DNA of 64,000 bases from Anaerolineales bacterium (GCA_016928575.1 JAFGKK010000068.1:26319-90318); one strand, 5' to 3'; counted from the first letter of the stretch, positions 54,631-64,000 are shown. Made by a program: numbers and translations. The notes: generated by a model from the letters alone, not told the origin.

Positions 54631-56793
54631 ATGGAATACCAGGATCTCTCCGCAACCCTCTCCTACCTTTCTCCCGCGGACCGCGAGATGATTGAGCGGG
54701 CATACCGCCTGGCGCTCCGCGCCCACGAAGGGCAAAAACGCGCTTCCGGCGAACCCTACATCCAGCATTGCCTGGCCGTCGCCAAGATCCTTGCCGATCT
54801 CCACCTCCCAGGGGCGGCGATCGCCGCCGGTCTGTTGCATGATGTCGTCGAAGATACGCCGGTCTCCCTGGAGATGATCCGCAAGGAATTCGGCGACGAA
54901 GTGCTGGCGCTGGTGGACGGCGTAACCAAGCTGACCCAGCTCCCGCGGGTCACCCGAGACGACGGCCGCGGGCAGCCGGTGGACGAGGAAACCCGCCGCA
55001 AAGCCCTCGACGTCGAGACCCTGCGGAAGATCTTCTTTGCCATGGGCGATGACGTGCGGGTGGTGGTGATCAAGCTCGCCGACCGCCTGCACAACCTGCG
55101 CACGCTCAACCACCTTCCTCCCGACCGCCGCAAAGCGATTGCCCAGGAAACCCTGGAACTGTTTGCGCCGCTGGCCAACCGGCTCGGGATCTGGCAGATG
55201 AAGTGGGAATTGGAGGATTTGGCGTTCCACTACGTCAACTCGTCCAAGTACAAGGAGATCGCCTCCAAGCTCGAGGAGCGCCGCTCGGACCGCGAGACGA
55301 TGATGAAAACCATCGTCGAAAACCTGCGCGCCGAATTAACCCGGGCCGGGGTCAAGGCCGAAGTCACCGGCAGGCCCAAGCACATCTACTCGATCTACCG
55401 CAAGATGGTCCGCAAGGGGGTCCCCTTCGAATCGGTCCACGACGTCCGCGCCGTGCGCATCATCGTCAAGGACATCCCCGCCTGCTACGTCGCGCTTGGC
55501 GTGATCCACAACCTGTGGGTGCCGCTGCCGAAGGAATTTGACGATTACATCGCCTCGCCGAAGGACAATTTTTACCAATCCTTGCATACTGCGGTCGTCT
55601 ATGAGGACGGGAAAACGCTTGAAGTGCAGATCCGCACGCCGGAAATGCATGTCAGCGCGGAGCTTGGAATCGCAGCCCATTGGCGCTACAAGGAGGAGGG
55701 CACCAAACGCGACGAATCCTTCGAGCGCCGGGTATTGTGGCTGCGGGGGCTGATGGATTGGCGCCAGGAGGTCCCCGACGCCGGAGACTTCCTGGACGGG
55801 ATGAAGACCGACGTCTTCGAAGACCGCGTGTTCGCATTCACTCCCAAGGGCGATGTCTTCGACATGCCCGCGGGATCCACGCCGATCGACTTCGCCTACC
55901 ACGTTCACACCGAAATCGGCCACCACTGCCGCGGCGCGCGCGTCAATGGCAAGATGGTCTCGCTCGATCACCGGCTGCGAACCGGGGATCAGGTGGAGAT
56001 CGTCACCACCCGCAGCGGCGGCCCGAGCCGCGATTGGATGAATCCGCACCTGGGATTGGTAAAATCCCAGCGGGCCCTCAGCAAGATCCGCCAATGGTTC
56101 AAGCATCAAGACCTGGAGCAGAAGATCGCCACCGGGCGCGACATTCTCCTGCGGGAATTGCACCGTTTGGGAATCGAAGAGGAAATCACGCTGGAATCAC
56201 TGGCCAAGCAAGCCGGCTTCCCGGCGGTGAACGATTTTTTAGCGGCGATCGGATCCGGCGACGTTTCGCCTTCGCGCCTGGTGTCGAAGTTTTTGGAAAC
56301 CGAGCGGCCCGGGGAAGAACTCGTCCCCGATTCGAGCGCCGCGGCTTCGGCCACCACCGGGGAAGTCAACGTCACCGGCCTGCGCGGGATGCTCACCAAC
56401 TTGGCCCGCTGCTGCAAACCGGTGCCCGGGGATCCCATCGTCGGTTACATCACGCGCGGGCAGGGAGCCACCATCCACCGCTCGGACTGCAAGAACATCC
56501 TGCGCATCCCCGACAAGGAACGCTTGGTGCGCGTGTCGTGGGGCCGCGTCCTCCGGACCTATCCGGTGGAAATCCGGATTTCCGCTTTCGACCGCGAAGG
56601 GCTGCTGCGCGACGTCTCCTCGGTCGTCACCGAGGACCACATCAGCATGCGCAAGGTCAACGTCAGCACCAAAGCCCACGAAGCGACGATCGACATGCTG
56701 ATGGAAGTGACCGACCTGACCCAGCTCAGCCGGGTTCTCAGCCGGATCGAAGCCCTGCCGAACGTGTTCGAAGCCCGCCGGATTCGGCCCTGA
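54631..56793 (+). CDS. rel: Bifunctional (p)ppGpp synthetase/hydrolase RelA/SpoT (Rel)
   Basis: The HD domain reads HCLAVAKILADLHL...HDVVEDT. The synthetase region reads RPKHIYSIYRKM ... YQSLHTAV. TGS and ACT domains are present. ATG at 54631. Confidence 0.92.
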   Translation: MEYQDLSATLSYLSPADREMIERAYRLALRAHEGQKRASGEPYIQHCLAVAKILADLHLPGAAIAAGLLHDVVEDTPVSLEMIRKEFGDEVLALVDGVTKLTQLPRVTRDDGRGQPVDEETRRKALDVETLRKIFFAMGDDVRVVVIKLADRLHNLRTLNHLPPDRRKAIAQETLELFAPLANRLGIWQMKWELEDLAFHYVNSSKYKEIASKLEERRSDRETMMKTIVENLRAELTRAGVKAEVTGRPKHIYSIYRKMVRKGVPFESVHDVRAVRIIVKDIPACYVALGVIHNLWVPLPKEFDDYIASPKDNFYQSLHTAVVYEDGKTLEVQIRTPEMHVSAELGIAAHWRYKEEGTKRDESFERRVLWLRGLMDWRQEVPDAGDFLDGMKTDVFEDRVFAFTPKGDVFDMPAGSTPIDFAYHVHTEIGHHCRGARVNGKMVSLDHRLRTGDQVEIVTTRSGGPSRDWMNPHLGLVKSQRALSKIRQWFKHQDLEQKIATGRDILLRELHRLGIEEEITLESLAKQAGFPAVNDFLAAIGSGDVSPSRLVSKFLETERPGEELVPDSSAAASATTGEVNVTGLRGMLTNLARCCKPVPGDPIVGYITRGQGATIHRSDCKNILRIPDKERLVRVSWGRVLRTYPVEIRISAFDREGLLRDVSSVVTEDHISMRKVNVSTKAHEATIDMLMEVTDLTQLSRVLSRIEALPNVFEARRIRP

Positions 56794-56825
56794 GGGGAGG
56801 CGGAGAACTGGGGTTTGGAAAGCAC

Positions 56826-56854
56826 TTGACCGAACGCTTTTTTGGCCTTAGAGT
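56826..56854 (+). promoter_or_regulatory. Candidate promoter (TTGACC -17 nt- TAGAGT) for the small acidic protein gene
   Basis: Spacing and hexamers were read directly from the sequence. The site lies 92 nt upstream of the ATG at 56946. Confidence 0.35.
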
Positions 56855-56945
56855 AAAAAAATTCCGTCCTCCGGAATCGGAATTGCGGGGCGGGCGCTTC
56901 CCGGTTTGCGATATACTTCGGGGGCCCGAACAAGGAGGAGGCTTA

Positions 56946-57185
56946 ATGCCCAGGATACGTTGCCGATACATGGATTGCATTTTCCTGGAGGGTCATTATT
57001 GCGGCGCCGCGGCGATCGAATTGGATCCGGATACCGGCTGTCTGACGTATTCGCAATCCGCGGAAACGGAAACCGATCCGGATTGGGAGGACGACGAATT
57101 TGACGACGATTGGGAAAACGAGGAAGAGGGTTTTGAAATCGAGGAGGACGAAGAGGACGAATCCTGGGACGAAGACGAACAATAA
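56946..57185 (+). CDS. Small Cys-motif (DUF1540-like) protein with a hyper-acidic Trp-containing tail
   Basis: An AGGAGGAGG RBS precedes the ATG. The product is MPRIRCRYMDCIFLEGHYCGAAAIELD... followed by DPDWEDDEFDDDWENEEEGFEIEEDEEDESWDEDEQ. It is hidden in the 3-prime end of a spurious 501-aa track ORF. A terminator follows. Confidence 0.65.
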   Translation: MPRIRCRYMDCIFLEGHYCGAAAIELDPDTGCLTYSQSAETETDPDWEDDEFDDDWENEEEGFEIEEDEEDESWDEDEQ

Positions 57186-57208
57186 TTATTTTCTTCCGGC
57201 GCCGGCCG

Positions 57209-57248
57209 AAAAAAAACGGGCGAGGACATTCTCCTCGCCCGTTTTTTC
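57209..57248. terminator. Bidirectional rho-independent terminator
   Basis: An 11-bp stem ACGGGCGAGGA/TCCTCGCCCGT (57216-57226 and 57232-57242) is flanked by an A-run and a T-run. It lies between convergent genes. Confidence 0.8.
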
Positions 57249-57261
57249 ATATTCCCTGCGG

Positions 57262-58026
57262 TCATTTGCGCGGGGCGGATTGCAAAGTCCGGCTGAGGAT
57301 GTCCTCCTGCTGGCGGCGCTTCTTTTCGCTGATCTGGCGCACCCGTTCGGCCGCGGGGAGGTCCGCCCCGGCAATTCCAGACTGGGCCTTCAGAAAAGCG
57401 GCCTCCATCGCGGTGATCGATTTTTCTTCCGGTTCTTCGAGCTCGACGGTTTCCTCTTTTTCCTGTTCCCTCGGCGGGGCTTTGGCTTCGAGGGCCTTGC
57501 GGCTTAGGTGGACCTGCTTCTTCTTGCGGTCGATTTCCAGGATGGCCGCCTCGACCTCGTCCCCGATTTTCGCCACGGCGGCGATGTCCTTGACGTATTC
57601 GTTCGACCATTCGCTGATGTGGATCAACCCCGGCCGTTCGGCGCCGAAATCCACGAACACGCCGAATTTCTCGACGCGGGTCACTTTCCCATGGATCGCC
57701 GTTCCCGAGCGCATTTCGTTCCAGTCGTAGGCCAGCGGCGGAATCATGGTCAACTGCAGTTCGCCTTTCTGGGGATCCACCTTCCTCACCCAGACCGGGA
57801 TCTCCTGCTCGGGTTGAAGCATGTCCTGCACCCGGTTCACTTTTTCCCTGCCGAGGGCCGAGATGTGCAACAGGCCGTCGCGTTCGGCCCCCACGTCCAC
57901 CACCGCGCCCGACAACTCAATCCGTTTGACTTTGCCCGTCAATGCGGTCTTCGGTTTTAGGTCCGACAGGAGGATTTTTCCATCCTTTGCGGGATTTTCG
58001 GTCATATGGACCTCCGATTTTTCCAA
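57262..58026 (-). CDS. S1 RNA-binding domain protein (two S1 domains plus a basic/acidic tail)
   Basis: S1 motifs are GKVKRIELSGAVVDVGAERDGLLHISAL and GKVTRVEKFGVFVDFGAERPGLIHISE. Confidence 0.8.
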   Translation of the reverse strand: MEKSEVHMTENPAKDGKILLSDLKPKTALTGKVKRIELSGAVVDVGAERDGLLHISALGREKVNRVQDMLQPEQEIPVWVRKVDPQKGELQLTMIPPLAYDWNEMRSGTAIHGKVTRVEKFGVFVDFGAERPGLIHISEWSNEYVKDIAAVAKIGDEVEAAILEIDRKKKQVHLSRKALEAKAPPREQEKEETVELEEPEEKSITAMEAAFLKAQSGIAGADLPAAERVRQISEKKRRQQEDILSRTLQSAPRK

Positions 58027-58321
58027 AGGCTTTGCTTCTCCATGCTTCCATGCGCCTGCGTCGGGGCGATTCCTCCGAAAGCCGATGGAATTCGGGCTGG
58101 GGGATGATGCAATCCGGAGAGGTGAGCCTTGAATTCACCGGGCATAAACCGGGGTCGCACTCAAAACTCGAGCCCGACCCCGCCCGGTTAACGCTGAAAC
58201 TGCGGCATTATACCCGCAGGTTACCCGTTCTGCAAGCCTTCTGATGCAAATCCATCCGATCCCCACCGGAAAGGCTTTGGCCGGGGGTTGTCCCAAAACG
58301 GCATTAGGTTGTCTCCGGATC

Positions 58322-58475
58322 GTCATGCCCACGCCCGCCCTTGCGCCTGCCCTCGGCATGCTCTATGCCGGGGGAAGCGGGGGTGTTCGTAGCGGGCATC
58401 CAGCCATGGAAACCCTGGATTCCCGCTAAACCCACCCCCGGCGAAGAACGCGCGGAGGGCCGGCGCGGGAATGAC
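58322..58475. repeat. Palindromic intergenic element, copy B (GTCATGCC ... GGAATGAC type)
   Basis: An internal stem ATTCCCGC/GCGGGAAT lies at 58419-58426 and 58465-58472. The right arm CGCGGAGGGCCGGCGCGGGAATGACGGA closely matches 30045-30070. Confidence 0.45.
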
Positions 58476-58566
58476 GGACTATCTCCGGCTGGGAATTTTC
58501 CACAAATACCATTGATTTACTTTATAGACAGCCTCCAGGCATCCGATAAAGAGCGGCTCGGTCCGA

Positions 58567-59685
58567 TCATTCCGGAAGCCGTTCTCTTACGGCGCTCAGG
58601 AGGGATTCGTAGGACTTCTGGAAGGCTTGTACGCCCTCGCTCTCCAGCCGTTGGGTTACCTGCTCCATAGCGATCCCCGCCCGGGCAAGCTTGTCGGCGT
58701 GGGCGCGGGCGTTCTCCAAGTCCGCCTCGATCCGCAAGGCCGGATCGCCGTGGTCGCGGTAGGCGTCGATGGTCGCGGGCGGCATGGTGTTGACGCTTGT
58801 CGGCGCAACGAGCGCCTCGACGTAGTAGGTGTCCTGGTAGGCGGGATCCTTGGTGCTGGTCGAAGCCCAGAGGGGGCGCTGAATCCGGGCTCCGAAGGCA
58901 GTGGCTTTCACCCAGCGCGGACCGCGGAAGAAATCCGAAAACGCCTGATACGCCAACCGCGTGTTGGCGATCGCGGCTTTTCCCCGCAGGTCGCGCAGAG
59001 TCCCCTCGGAGATCGCGCTTTCGCCCGCCAGCTGATCCAACAGGCGGTCGACCAGCGTGTCCACCCGGGAGACGAAGAAGGAGGCGACCGAAGCGATCTT
59101 CTCGACGCGCAATCCGCGCGCGATCCGGTCTTCCAGCCCGGACAAGTAGGCCTCCATCACCTGGCGGTACCGTTCGACCGAGAACAGGAGAGTGACGTTC
59201 ACCGGAATTCCCTCCCCGATCGCTTTGCGGATGGATTCCAGGCAGGCCGAGGTGCCCGGGATTTTGATCATCAGATTCGGGCGGCTCACGGTCTGGTGCA
59301 GGCGCATGGCTTCCCGCAGGGTCGCGTCGGGATTGTTCGCAAGGTTGGGGGAGACCTCCAGCGAGATGTATCCGTCCACTCCGTTGCTTTCCTCGAAGAC
59401 CGGCCGGAACACGTCCGCCGCGGCGCGGATATCCTCCACGGCGAGTACCTCGTAAGCCTGTTCGGCGGTGTATTGCTTCTTCGAGAGGCGCCCTATGGCG
59501 GCTTGGTATTCCTCGGAGCGGACGATCGCGTTTTCGAAAATCGTCGGGTTGGAGGTTACGCCGCGGATCTCCCCCGCAGCGACCATCCGGGCCAGTTCGC
59601 CGGATTCCAAAAGCCCGCGGCGGATGTTGTCGTACCAAACGGATTGTCCCAGGCGGTTCAGGCGGATTAATGGATTCGTAATCAT
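58567..59685 (-). CDS. tal: Transaldolase (long, type 2)
   Basis: ATG at 59685 gives MITNPLIRLNRLGQSVWYDNIRRG. GVTSNPTIF and the active-site region MIKIPGT are present. Confidence 0.9.
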   Translation of the reverse strand: MITNPLIRLNRLGQSVWYDNIRRGLLESGELARMVAAGEIRGVTSNPTIFENAIVRSEEYQAAIGRLSKKQYTAEQAYEVLAVEDIRAAADVFRPVFEESNGVDGYISLEVSPNLANNPDATLREAMRLHQTVSRPNLMIKIPGTSACLESIRKAIGEGIPVNVTLLFSVERYRQVMEAYLSGLEDRIARGLRVEKIASVASFFVSRVDTLVDRLLDQLAGESAISEGTLRDLRGKAAIANTRLAYQAFSDFFRGPRWVKATAFGARIQRPLWASTSTKDPAYQDTYYVEALVAPTSVNTMPPATIDAYRDHGDPALRIEADLENARAHADKLARAGIAMEQVTQRLESEGVQAFQKSYESLLSAVRERLPE

Positions 59686-60149
59686 CGCGGGGTTTTCCCT
59701 GTGTTTGCGGATTCGATCCGGCGGATTTTCTCCACCCTGCGCCGGTGGCGTTCCTCCTTCGAAAACCGCGCGGAGAGGTAGGCGCACGTCAGCTCGCGCG
59801 CGGGTTCCGGTCCGATGATGCGGGCGCCCAGGCACAGCACGTTCATATCGTCGTGTTCGACTCCCTGGTGCGCCGAGTAGGAATCGTGGCATACGCCCGC
59901 GTAAATTCCGGGAATTTTATTGGCGGCGATGCAGGCTCCGACGCCCGATCCGCAGAGGAGAATCCCGCGCTGCGCGCGCTTCTCCGCGATCGCCCTTCCC
60001 ACCCTTTCGGCGATGTCCGGATAATCCACCGGCTCGGGGGAATTCGTTCCGACGTCCAGAACCTGGTGCCCCGATTGGCGGATGGTTTCCAGCACAATGG
60101 ACTTGAGCGGAAACCCCGCATGATCGCATCCCAACGCAACTTTCATCAT
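59682..60149 (-). CDS. rpiB: Ribose-5-phosphate isomerase B
   Basis: MKVALGCDHAGFPLK and LCGSGVGACIAANK are present. The stop overlaps the tal start. Confidence 0.9.
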   Translation of the reverse strand: MMKVALGCDHAGFPLKSIVLETIRQSGHQVLDVGTNSPEPVDYPDIAERVGRAIAEKRAQRGILLCGSGVGACIAANKIPGIYAGVCHDSYSAHQGVEHDDMNVLCLGARIIGPEPARELTCAYLSARFSKEERHRRRVEKIRRIESANTGKTPR

Positions 60150-60295
60150 CCTCTCCCGTTCGATCCGCCGGATTCCGACGGAGGAATTTACGAGTGTTTT
60201 TTCCGACCGGCGATTTTACCATGGGCGGAGCGGCGGGCTTGCCGCTGCAAAGGTTTCGCAGTCCTGCGATCCCTTCGACTCCGCCCGGCGGCCGC

Positions 60296-62341
60296 TCAAC
60301 CCGGGACGCCCCATACGATTGCGCTGCCGTCGGATCCGGCGGACATTAGGTGCCGGCCGTCCGGGGAAAACGCCAAGCCGTTCACCCATCCATTGTGGGC
60401 GGGGACGGTTCGAAGCAGCCTTCCGCGGTTCATCGACCAGAATCGAATCGAACCATGGATTCCGCCGGCCGCCAGCAAAGAGCCGTCCGGCGCAAGCGCC
60501 AGGCTGAAGATCGACCCCATGTACCCGGAAACGGTTCGCAGCAATTGTCCGCTGGAGGTATCCCAGATGCGGATGTCGCCTCGGTCGTCGCCGGCGGCAA
60601 GCAAGGTTCCGGCACCGGCCACGCACCAGACTGGAGAGCCTCCGCCGTCCGAGAATACCTGCGGCGTCTTCTCAGGCGCGGCCGGATCCCACAACCGGAT
60701 CGATCCGTCTTCCATCGCGACGGCCAAGCGTAAGGAGGAAGCCTCGGAGCCTGCGACGAACGTCAGGCCGGTGATCCGGGATCCGACCTTCAGGATCCGA
60801 ATTTTTCCGGATGCCGTGTCGATCACGGTCAATTCCCCGTTTCCGCCGGCAGCCAGAATTCCGCCGTCGGGCGAGAACGCCACCGCTCGCACCCCCGGCA
60901 CGCGCGTCTCGGAGCGGGGGGAAAGCTCCGCCAAATCGTAGATCCGCAGGATACCGGCAAGGCCGTCGGCCACGGCCAGGATTTCCCCCCGCGGTGAAAA
61001 CACCGCGGCAACGTCCGCCTTGCTGGCCGGGCGGATCCCGCCGAGCGGGATCACTTCGCCTCCGGAAAGATTCCACAGGTAGGTCAGGCCGTTTTCTCCG
61101 CTGATGGCCGCCCATTCGCCACTCGGATAGAACGCCGCGGAGCGCAAACCGCCGGTGAAATCCAAAAATTCGCGGGTCACCGAAAGCGAGCGGGCATCGA
61201 GGATCAAAGCCCGTTCGCCGATCGAGACCGCCGCCAACCGTGCGCCGTCCGGGGAATACCGCAGGCTGTCGATTTTGGTGAACGCCGCCGCGCTTTCCCG
61301 CTCCAGAGTCGCTGTTTCCGCATCCCACAGCTTCACCATCCCGTCGCCGGAGGAGGTCGCCAACCGCTTCCCGTCTACCGACCAGGCGACGCTCCAGGCC
61401 CCGTAGGCATGGCCTGGCAGGAGGGCAAGCGGTTCTTCCGTGTCCCAATCCCAAATCTGAACCGTCCCGTCGCCGCAGGCGGAAGCCAGCCGGGCGCCGT
61501 CCGGCGAGAAGGCGACTCCGAAGAGCAGACCGAATTGGGTTTGCAGGCGCGGCAACTCCTCGCCGGTGGCAAGGTCCCAACGCGAGAGATACCCCTGATC
61601 GCCACCCGTGACCAGGACCGAATCATCGGCGGAAAAAGCCAGGCTGCGGATTCCATAGCCCCAATACCCCAGCAGAGGATTCTCGAATTTATGCCGGGCA
61701 ATTCCGGAGGATATATCCCAAACGACGACGGAGCCCTCTTCCGACCCGGAGGCGAGGTAGGCCGGTTGACTGCCGGCGCCGCTCCATCCGGAAAAAGCCA
61801 GCCCGTGGACCGGACGCGAATGCCAGGCCAGCCGCAGGATGATTTTCCATGAAACGGTATCTAGGACAACCACCTTCCCATCCTGCCGTCCGGCCGCCAG
61901 CCATTCGCCGCCGGGGGAAAAGAGGACGGCGAGGACCGGGGTGTCGGTGGGAAACACAGTTTGCACCCGCCATTCGTCGGTTCGGAAGACTTCGACTCCC
62001 CGCGCGGAAGCCAGCGCCAGCAGGGAGCCGTCCGGCGAAAAATCGGCCGCCGCCGGCCATCCGCCGCCGAACCGGCCAACCGCGGCCAACTTCTCCAGAT
62101 TGAACTCGCTCAAGACTTCCGCCGCAGGGGTGACGGCCGGGACGGACATTTGCTGCCGATCCGGAAGAAGCGTGGGATAAAAGGCCGGGACGGCGAGTGA
62201 AGGCGTTGAAGCCGCCGGGGAAAGCTCGTCTTGGAAGGCGGGGGTTCCGCGCGGCCAAAGGACAAAGGCGGCGGCGGCGACACCGGCGACACCGGCCAAC
62301 GCGAGGGTCGATCGAAGGATCCGATTACGATGAGATGCCAT
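60296..62341 (-). CDS. Membrane-anchored WD40-repeat protein (about 14 blades)
   Basis: An N-terminal TM helix (LALAGVAGVAAAAFVLW) is followed by repeated units of the form xxVxxLAFSPDGxxLASxxxDGxVxLWD throughout. Confidence 0.85.
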   Translation of the reverse strand: MASHRNRILRSTLALAGVAGVAAAAFVLWPRGTPAFQDELSPAASTPSLAVPAFYPTLLPDRQQMSVPAVTPAAEVLSEFNLEKLAAVGRFGGGWPAAADFSPDGSLLALASARGVEVFRTDEWRVQTVFPTDTPVLAVLFSPGGEWLAAGRQDGKVVVLDTVSWKIILRLAWHSRPVHGLAFSGWSGAGSQPAYLASGSEEGSVVVWDISSGIARHKFENPLLGYWGYGIRSLAFSADDSVLVTGGDQGYLSRWDLATGEELPRLQTQFGLLFGVAFSPDGARLASACGDGTVQIWDWDTEEPLALLPGHAYGAWSVAWSVDGKRLATSSGDGMVKLWDAETATLERESAAAFTKIDSLRYSPDGARLAAVSIGERALILDARSLSVTREFLDFTGGLRSAAFYPSGEWAAISGENGLTYLWNLSGGEVIPLGGIRPASKADVAAVFSPRGEILAVADGLAGILRIYDLAELSPRSETRVPGVRAVAFSPDGGILAAGGNGELTVIDTASGKIRILKVGSRITGLTFVAGSEASSLRLAVAMEDGSIRLWDPAAPEKTPQVFSDGGGSPVWCVAGAGTLLAAGDDRGDIRIWDTSSGQLLRTVSGYMGSIFSLALAPDGSLLAAGGIHGSIRFWSMNRGRLLRTVPAHNGWVNGLAFSPDGRHLMSAGSDGSAIVWGVPG

Positions 62342-62356
62342 TTGGCAAGCCTGGCG

Positions 62357-62608
62357 TCATGAGCCGTTCCCGGAAAGGCGGTCCGCGATCCATTGCATAA
62401 CGGACAGCGCCAACCCGATCAGCGCGACGGGGATCAGCGCCGCGAGGAAGAAGGCCAAACCGCAGATTGCGGCGGGCGTACCATAGGTCAGGGCGATCAG
62501 CGCCGTGCCTATAAGTATGGTCAGCGCCAAACCCCCGAATATAAGCCGCTGTTTCGTCTGCCGGGCATGCCGCCGCAGATCCACCGCTTCACCGGGCATA
62601 ACTTCCAT
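62357..62608 (-). CDS. Small hydrophobic membrane protein
   Basis: Two or three TM helices (LIFGGLALTILIGTALIAL; CGLAFFLAALIPVALIGLAL). The gene ends 15 nt upstream of the WD40 gene. Confidence 0.5.
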   Translation of the reverse strand: MEVMPGEAVDLRRHARQTKQRLIFGGLALTILIGTALIALTYGTPAAICGLAFFLAALIPVALIGLALSVMQWIADRLSGNGS

Positions 62609-62731
62609 CCTTGGTAAAATTGTATCATCCGCTGTGCAAAGCCACTTGACGCTGACATTTCGAGTGGCTATGATTCAAAGACCGCTTCCGGATCTCGACC
62701 GCCGGTCCTATTTCCTCTCGGAGAGACGTCC

Positions 62732-63667
62732 TTGATCATCCTCGAATTGCGCGAACTCGCCATGGTGCTGGATCGGAAGGTGACTGCCCTTCAAAGGGAG
62801 TTCACCCGTCTCGCCGATCGGCTTGTGGTTTTGCGCAGAAAATGGACGGAAGAGGAGGAAACGGAGCGGCCGAAAATCCTCAAGGAACAGGAAACCCTAA
62901 AAGAAAAACAGCTTCTCCTTGCCGAACAGGTTAATATCTGGCGGGACCGACTGCGGGCGATCGAAAACCCGTCCGGAGAAAAGGCGCTGCTGGCCTCGCT
63001 GGAGGAATCCCTGGCCTGCGGGGATGCGGAGGTGGTCGCCGCCGTCCAGCGGGCGAAGCAATTGTTGGAGATGGATCCGGAAGAGAAGGCGGCGCTGTTT
63101 AACCAAACCGTTTCCGCCGCCTCCAACACTCCGGTGGGCAGGCTCATCCAGCGCGCGAAAACCTCCTACGACCTCCGCAACGGCGGTCCCGTAACGCGCC
63201 AGGAAGTCGCGGTGGAATTCGCCAATCGTTCGGGCGTGGCTCAGGAGGATTCCATCCTTTCTGAGTTGGAGGCCGCCGCGCAGGATTCCGATCCGGTGGT
63301 CTCCGACGTCTGCCTCCGGACCTTGGTGCAGATCCTGCGCTTCCGCGCGGTGCGCGCCGCAGAATTGGATACCGTCCATGCGGCGGTTGTAAAATTGACG
63401 AAAATCCGGAACTCCGTCGTCGTTCCGGTTCTGATCGAAATCATGAAAAATCCACGTCAGGGTTACCTCATGGTGGACGGCAGCCTGCAGGAACAATCCA
63501 ACGGCCCGTCGCGCCTGCAGGCGCTGATCGCGCTGGTGGAATTCCGCACCAAGGAAGCCCAGACTGCGATCCGTACCCGACGCTTCGACAAAGATCCGAG
63601 CGTCGCCAACGCGGCCGAGCGGGCGCTCCAGGCATTCCCGGGCGAATGGGGCGAGAACCCGGAATAA
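62732..63667 (+). CDS. Hypothetical coiled-coil / HEAT-like repeat protein
   Basis: TTG at 62732 follows a GGAGAGA RBS. The N-terminal region is a charged coiled coil. The C-terminal region has helical repeats ending in DKDPSVANAAERAL. Confidence 0.55.
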   Translation: MIILELRELAMVLDRKVTALQREFTRLADRLVVLRRKWTEEEETERPKILKEQETLKEKQLLLAEQVNIWRDRLRAIENPSGEKALLASLEESLACGDAEVVAAVQRAKQLLEMDPEEKAALFNQTVSAASNTPVGRLIQRAKTSYDLRNGGPVTRQEVAVEFANRSGVAQEDSILSELEAAAQDSDPVVSDVCLRTLVQILRFRAVRAAELDTVHAAVVKLTKIRNSVVVPVLIEIMKNPRQGYLMVDGSLQEQSNGPSRLQALIALVEFRTKEAQTAIRTRRFDKDPSVANAAERALQAFPGEWGENPE

Positions 63668-63750
63668 GCGACGGTTCCGCACTTCTCCCGCCAAGCGGGA
63701 CGGGGCGGTCGCGGCGACGGGAGTAACAATGCGGCGGGGGAGGGGACGGG

Positions 63751-64000
63751 ATGCTATCCGACCAATCCAAACGCAGGCTGTTGGCCCTGGCCAGGGAATC
63801 GATAGCGGCGCAATTAAAGAATGAAACCGCGCCGCATTTGGATCCGGAAACCCTGCCGCCAGAATTGCTGGCGCCCGGCGCCAGTTTTGTCACCCTTTCC
63901 CGCGGCGGTCAGCTGCGCGGCTGCATCGGCAGCCTGGAAGCCCGCCAAAGCTTGGCGGCAGACGTTCAGGAGCACGCCGGTGACGCGGCGTTCCGGGATT
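63751..64000 (+). CDS. AMMECR1-domain protein (partial, runs off the window)
   Basis: ATG at 63751. GASFVTLSRGGQLRGCIGS is the conserved AMMECR1 core. The frame is open to the window end, so it is absent from the track. Confidence 0.75.
   Translation, partial: MLSDQSKRRLLALARESIAAQLKNETAPHLDPETLPPELLAPGASFVTLSRGGQLRGCIGSLEARQSLAADVQEHAGDAAFRD

Noticed and set aside
55680-56945. Bulk of the 501-aa alternate-frame ORF inside rel
   Set aside because: It is Arg/Gly/Pro-rich and lies within the strongly supported rel frame. Only its last 79 codons, after the rel stop, form a credible independent gene (56946..57185).
58517-59638. 373-aa alternate-frame ORF overlapping tal
   Set aside because: It is an Arg/Gly/Pro-rich frame artefact. 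The tal frame carries the transaldolase motifs.
59745-60941. 398-aa plus-strand ORF opposite rpiB and the WD40 gene
   Set aside because: It is antisense to two well-supported genes and has low-complexity composition.

Overview
GC-rich, densely coding bacterial chromosomal window with about 50 credible protein genes, one tmRNA and one tRNA-Arg. I saw no CRISPR array, rRNA, transposase or integrase. The gene content (a secretin-less Tad/Flp locus, many polytopic GT-C-like membrane proteins, long Pro/Ala-rich proteins) suggests a monoderm Chloroflexota/Anaerolineae-like genome, but this is inference only. Recognisable housekeeping genes are recJ, ligA, rlmI, smpB+ssrA, hflX, thrC-thrB plus an apgM-like gene, dgt, greA, topA, dprA, a manC-like gene, relA/spoT, tal-rpiB and hpf. 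The unusual part is a roughly 21 kb co-directional (+) array from about 3.2 to 24.9 kb. It starts with a good sigma70-like promoter and an AAA+ ATPase, followed by a GT-C membrane glycosyltransferase. Next is a 1353-aa protein with no signal peptide: its central ~860 aa are a Pro/Ala/Ser/Glu low-complexity tract carrying about 27 copies of a short [ILMV]P[DE]W[LIM] motif, flanked by N- and C-terminal TPR regions. Three more GT-C-like membrane proteins and a NarL/DegS-type two-component pair follow. The array ends with a minimal Tad pilus operon (a 48-aa Flp pilin absent from the ORF track, cpaB, REC-cpaE, cpaF, tadB, tadC) whose last stop codon overlaps the comF start. A GT2 polyprenyl-phosphate sugar synthase is transcribed divergently from the array promoter. 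The ATPase / GT-C / PDWL-repeat cluster is my best candidate for an undescribed system; its function is unknown. Many long ORFs in the supplied track are antisense or alternate-frame artefacts of high GC and were rejected.
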